Source: Phoronis australis (lineage: Eukaryota > Animalia > Phoronida). From it: 64,000 nucleotides of DNA. How positions within the stretch are numbered: the first letter of the stretch is position 1; the number at the start of each line of letters is the position of its first letter. A model generated the notes under the pieces. It was not told the DNA's origin. It ran no database searches and worked only from the letters and a program-made list of their open reading frames with translations. Below are positions 62,101 to 64,000 of this stretch, one piece after another. Both the position numbers and the translations under genes were made by a program. The stretch spans positions 278,207 through 342,206 of the forward strand of contig NMRA01000050.1 of assembly GCA_002633005.1 (NCBI GenBank), in the 5' to 3' direction.

Positions 62101-63574
62101 GCCAACCAAAATGGCTGCTTCTGTAACGCAAAGTCCAGTGAAAACCAGTCTCTCTGCGTCTGTTGAGCCCGTAAGTAAAATCAAAACAGACTCCTCTACA
62201 AGTGATGTGATTATTTCAAAGCCATCAAAGACTGTACCTCATAAGAGATCGAGCATTTCTTCATTTGTGTTGAAGTCGTCTGCCACAAATCCAACAAAGA
62301 CTCCCCTACAGGATAATTTGGTCACTAGTTGTGTGTCTCCTGGCCAATCACAAGATCACTCGTCATCGACTGCGGACATGGAGAGTGTATTACAAGCCCA
62401 GTACAACCAGCTTCAAGTTCAGTTTACTATGTGGCAACAGCAGCTGATTCAGGTTTGTGTGTTTTACACTTCTCTCTGTTTACACTTCTCTCTGTTTACA
62501 CTTCTCTCTGTTTTCTCACATGATCAATGTTTACAGCATATTCCAGAATAGGAAAATGGCTTGTTCTGTGTTCTGATTTGACATTTGACATACAAGCATG
62601 TCTTCTCTGTTACTGTGTAAATGCGACTGTTGGCCATGCCCAATTGAATTTGAGTTTTGTTCACTTAAGGATATCTAAAACCTTATTCACAAAAATTGGC
62701 CATTTTTACAATGTTTCACATGTGTCTAGCAAAATACCTTATCTTCATTCTCAGGAAAGTTCAAATACAAAATGTATATTGCGTGGCAAGACAAAAATAC
62801 CTGACATTTTGCGAGTTGGTTTGTCAGAAACTAAACAAAAAGGCTAATTGAAAATAACTAACAGCATGTTTGAGGTAACAAGTGAAGTTTTCATTTAAAT
62901 AAGGTCTCATTAAAATCAACCTAGGAGTTATTTTCCTATGAATGTACCGTTCTTAAAAATAAAATTTTGACTTGTAAAAGGTTTTTACATAAAATTAATA
63001 ATGGTACATAAATACAAAAAGTATTTTTGTATTCCCTTTCAGAAAATATATACTTTTACAAGTTGATAAAACTCTTTTTTTGATTTACGAGTTAGAATGG
63101 AGGCGACTAAATAAGGTTTGAGATAACCTTAAGTATGAACCAACGGTCTTTCTGCAGAATCAAGAGACATTGGCCAAGAAACAGATAGCTCCTCAGGACC
63201 AGTCACTGCAGCTGCAGGGACTGCGTGAGCAGATGGAGCTACAACAGCAGATGATGCTGCAATTACAGCAGAATATGGCCTCATTAAAGGCAGAGCATTC
63301 TGGGGTCACAGCTGAAGTGAAAGGTCAAAGGTCAGTGGAGGGCAGCGAGAAGGAGATGGTAATTGTTGACAAGAAGTCAGAGGTTACAGTTGAGCAGCAA
63401 TCTGTGGTACAAATGAGACACAATGTCAAGTCTATACGGCCCATGTCGGAGGTTGTTAATAAGGAAAAGCCAGTAATAATGCGTAAACAGCAAGAGGTCA
63501 AGGTTCAAAGACCAAAGTCAGAAGTACCGCCTACTCACCCTGTTGTCACAGAAGCCAGCATTGTAAACTTCAAG
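44130..63574 (+). CDS. COBL: Cordon-bleu (COBL/COBLL1)-like protein, 3' end outside the window. Coding exons: 44130-44335, 44795-45020, 46130-46355, 48117-48241, 51148-51847, 52268-53425, 55642-55875, 56755-56859, 58527-58686, 59195-59480, 60385-60760, 61881-62452, 63158-63574 (about 1597 aa within the window)
   Basis: All exons have canonical splice sites and consistent phases. An in-frame TGA at 44121-44123 fixes the ATG. Cobl ubiquitin-like repeats LTVLLPGG..GTPMMDLLV..KLNP and RLTVNFPHNQRKVLRVNP..IC, the motif EKKKKGFFSFLR, and KRAP motifs KKRHAPPPP and KKRRAPPPP match vertebrate Cobl as recalled. WH2 domains are not in the window. Confidence 0.88.
47028..47078. repeat. (CA/CACG)n microsatellite
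   Basis: ACACGCACAGACACACGCACGCACACACAC... Confidence 0.9.
48422..49690. repeat. ~43-bp minisatellite interrupted by a Helitron
   Basis: Unit ATAATGATCAAAGTGGTCA(T/C)TCTAGTACTGCCACAATGTACAT at 48422-48668, resuming at 49616. Confidence 0.9.
48669..49615 (+). mobile_element. Non-autonomous Helitron with both termini, 947 bp
   Basis: 5' end A|TCTATTATA; 3' hairpin TACCCATGC-AAAA-GCACGGGTA followed by CTAG|T; no TSD; inserted at an AT dinucleotide of the host repeat. Confidence 0.88.
49739..50066. mobile_element. Foldback MITE between TTAA sites
   Basis: CTTTTGATTTAGAC..TTATGAAATTGGT pairs with ACCAATTTCATAG..GTCCAAATCAAAAG. Confidence 0.55.
56075..56525. repeat. 51-bp minisatellite, about 8-9 copies
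   Basis: Unit CAGTATAAGAC(A/C)ATGACTGCCTGCCCAGTCT..TGTGACTATAGACAGCAC; it produces a 17-aa periodicity in the overlapping ORFs. Confidence 0.95.
57170..57673 (-). mobile_element. RTE-clade LINE 3' fragment with GAAGA-type tail
   Basis: Translates IFQDKNIPISLKRKVFDPCIIPAITYGCQTWTLTK..QRAMERKMLG..EIREQTRVMDVI..KLKWRWGGHVAR across one frameshift; the tail reads CTCTTCTCT.. on +. Confidence 0.88.
57674..58395 (-). mobile_element. CR1/L2-group LINE 3' fragment
   Basis: MYKCFKGVVPSYLC..YNTRS..LPKRRSETGKKSFSSSGPFLWNSL C-terminal motif, AT-rich UTR, 3' stem-loop (GAGGGCCCCCATGG..ATGGGGCTACCCTC) and an A-rich tail. Confidence 0.82.
59772..60317. mobile_element. hAT-like MITE (CAGGGCT..AGCCCTG)
   Basis: Terminal CAGGGCT/AGCCCTG plus the subterminal GGCGACC and GTCGCAT motifs shared with 34796-35889. 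Confidence 0.6.
60905..61555 (-). mobile_element. Degenerate copy of the ~140-bp-unit repeat family
   Basis: TTGTGGCAAT, TTGTTGCAAT, TAATGGCAGT, TTGTGGTAGT and TAGTTGCAAA at about 60930, 61071, 61220, 61340 and 61501; adjacent to an N at 60904. Confidence 0.45.
62459..62512. repeat. 16-18-bp repeat x3 (TTTACACTTCTCTC..) directly after a COBL donor
   Basis: Three copies visible in the sequence. Confidence 0.85.
62669..63128. mobile_element. MITE with TTAA TSD
   Basis: TTAA|GGATATCTAAAACCTTATT...AATAAGGTTTGAGATAACC|TTAA. Confidence 0.82.
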
Positions 63575-64000
63575 GTGAGTATGACTGAATGATAGATAAC
63601 TGACGTGTACACTCGTTATATTCATGATTTCACTATGCTTTATTTGTCTTTGTGCCATATGTGTTCATTCATTTTTTAATTAGCATGATTTTCTAAGCCC
63701 TGTGTTTCTATTTTTTAACAGTATGAAAGTTTGATAAACTCTGCTTAACTTTCACAAGGATTAGTGCTGTACTTTCTCAACTTAGGCAAATCTCAAACCA
63801 GCTTCCCAGAGACAGCTGTCCACAGACTCCAGGTTTGGACCAAAGCTTACTCCGCGTGAACTCCTGTTGAAAGATCTCGCCAACTCAGGAGGAATAGCGG
63901 CTTTGAAACAGGTGTAGTAGCATGTTTTGGTCCAATCATTCACTAAGCATTTATTAAGCTTGCGCTAGACTTTAAAGATATTAGCCAAAATGGCTAGAGC

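Overview
This is eukaryotic, intron-rich invertebrate genomic DNA; the taxon cannot be determined from the sequence alone. Three spliced protein-coding genes can be rebuilt by hand from GT-AG sites and reading-frame phases. (1) The 3' ten exons of a CYP3A-like (clan 3) cytochrome P450 on + (1117-8224), with exon sizes closely matching human CYP3A4. (2) A convergent gene on - (15033-9361, 3 coding exons, about 469 aa) encoding a type II membrane protein whose motif order matches yeast GT91/BMT beta-1,2-mannosyltransferases, which is unexpected in an animal. (3) A long cordon-bleu (COBL/COBLL1)-like gene on + (coding from 44130, running past the window end) with two ubiquitin-like Cobl repeats and KRAP motifs. 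The remainder holds micro- and minisatellites, TTAA- and hAT-type MITEs, a Helitron with intact ends inserted in a minisatellite, Gypsy, RTE and CR1/L2 remnants, a tRNA-derived SINE, and a 1.39-kb duplication around an N that is probably an assembly artefact. The main leads are the animal GT91-like gene, a ~140-bp-period repeat family carrying arrays of CTCF-like motifs at a CpG-rich/CpG-poor boundary, a candidate recursive splice site, and unusual linear motifs in the COBL-like protein. All family assignments are from recalled motifs; no database search was run.
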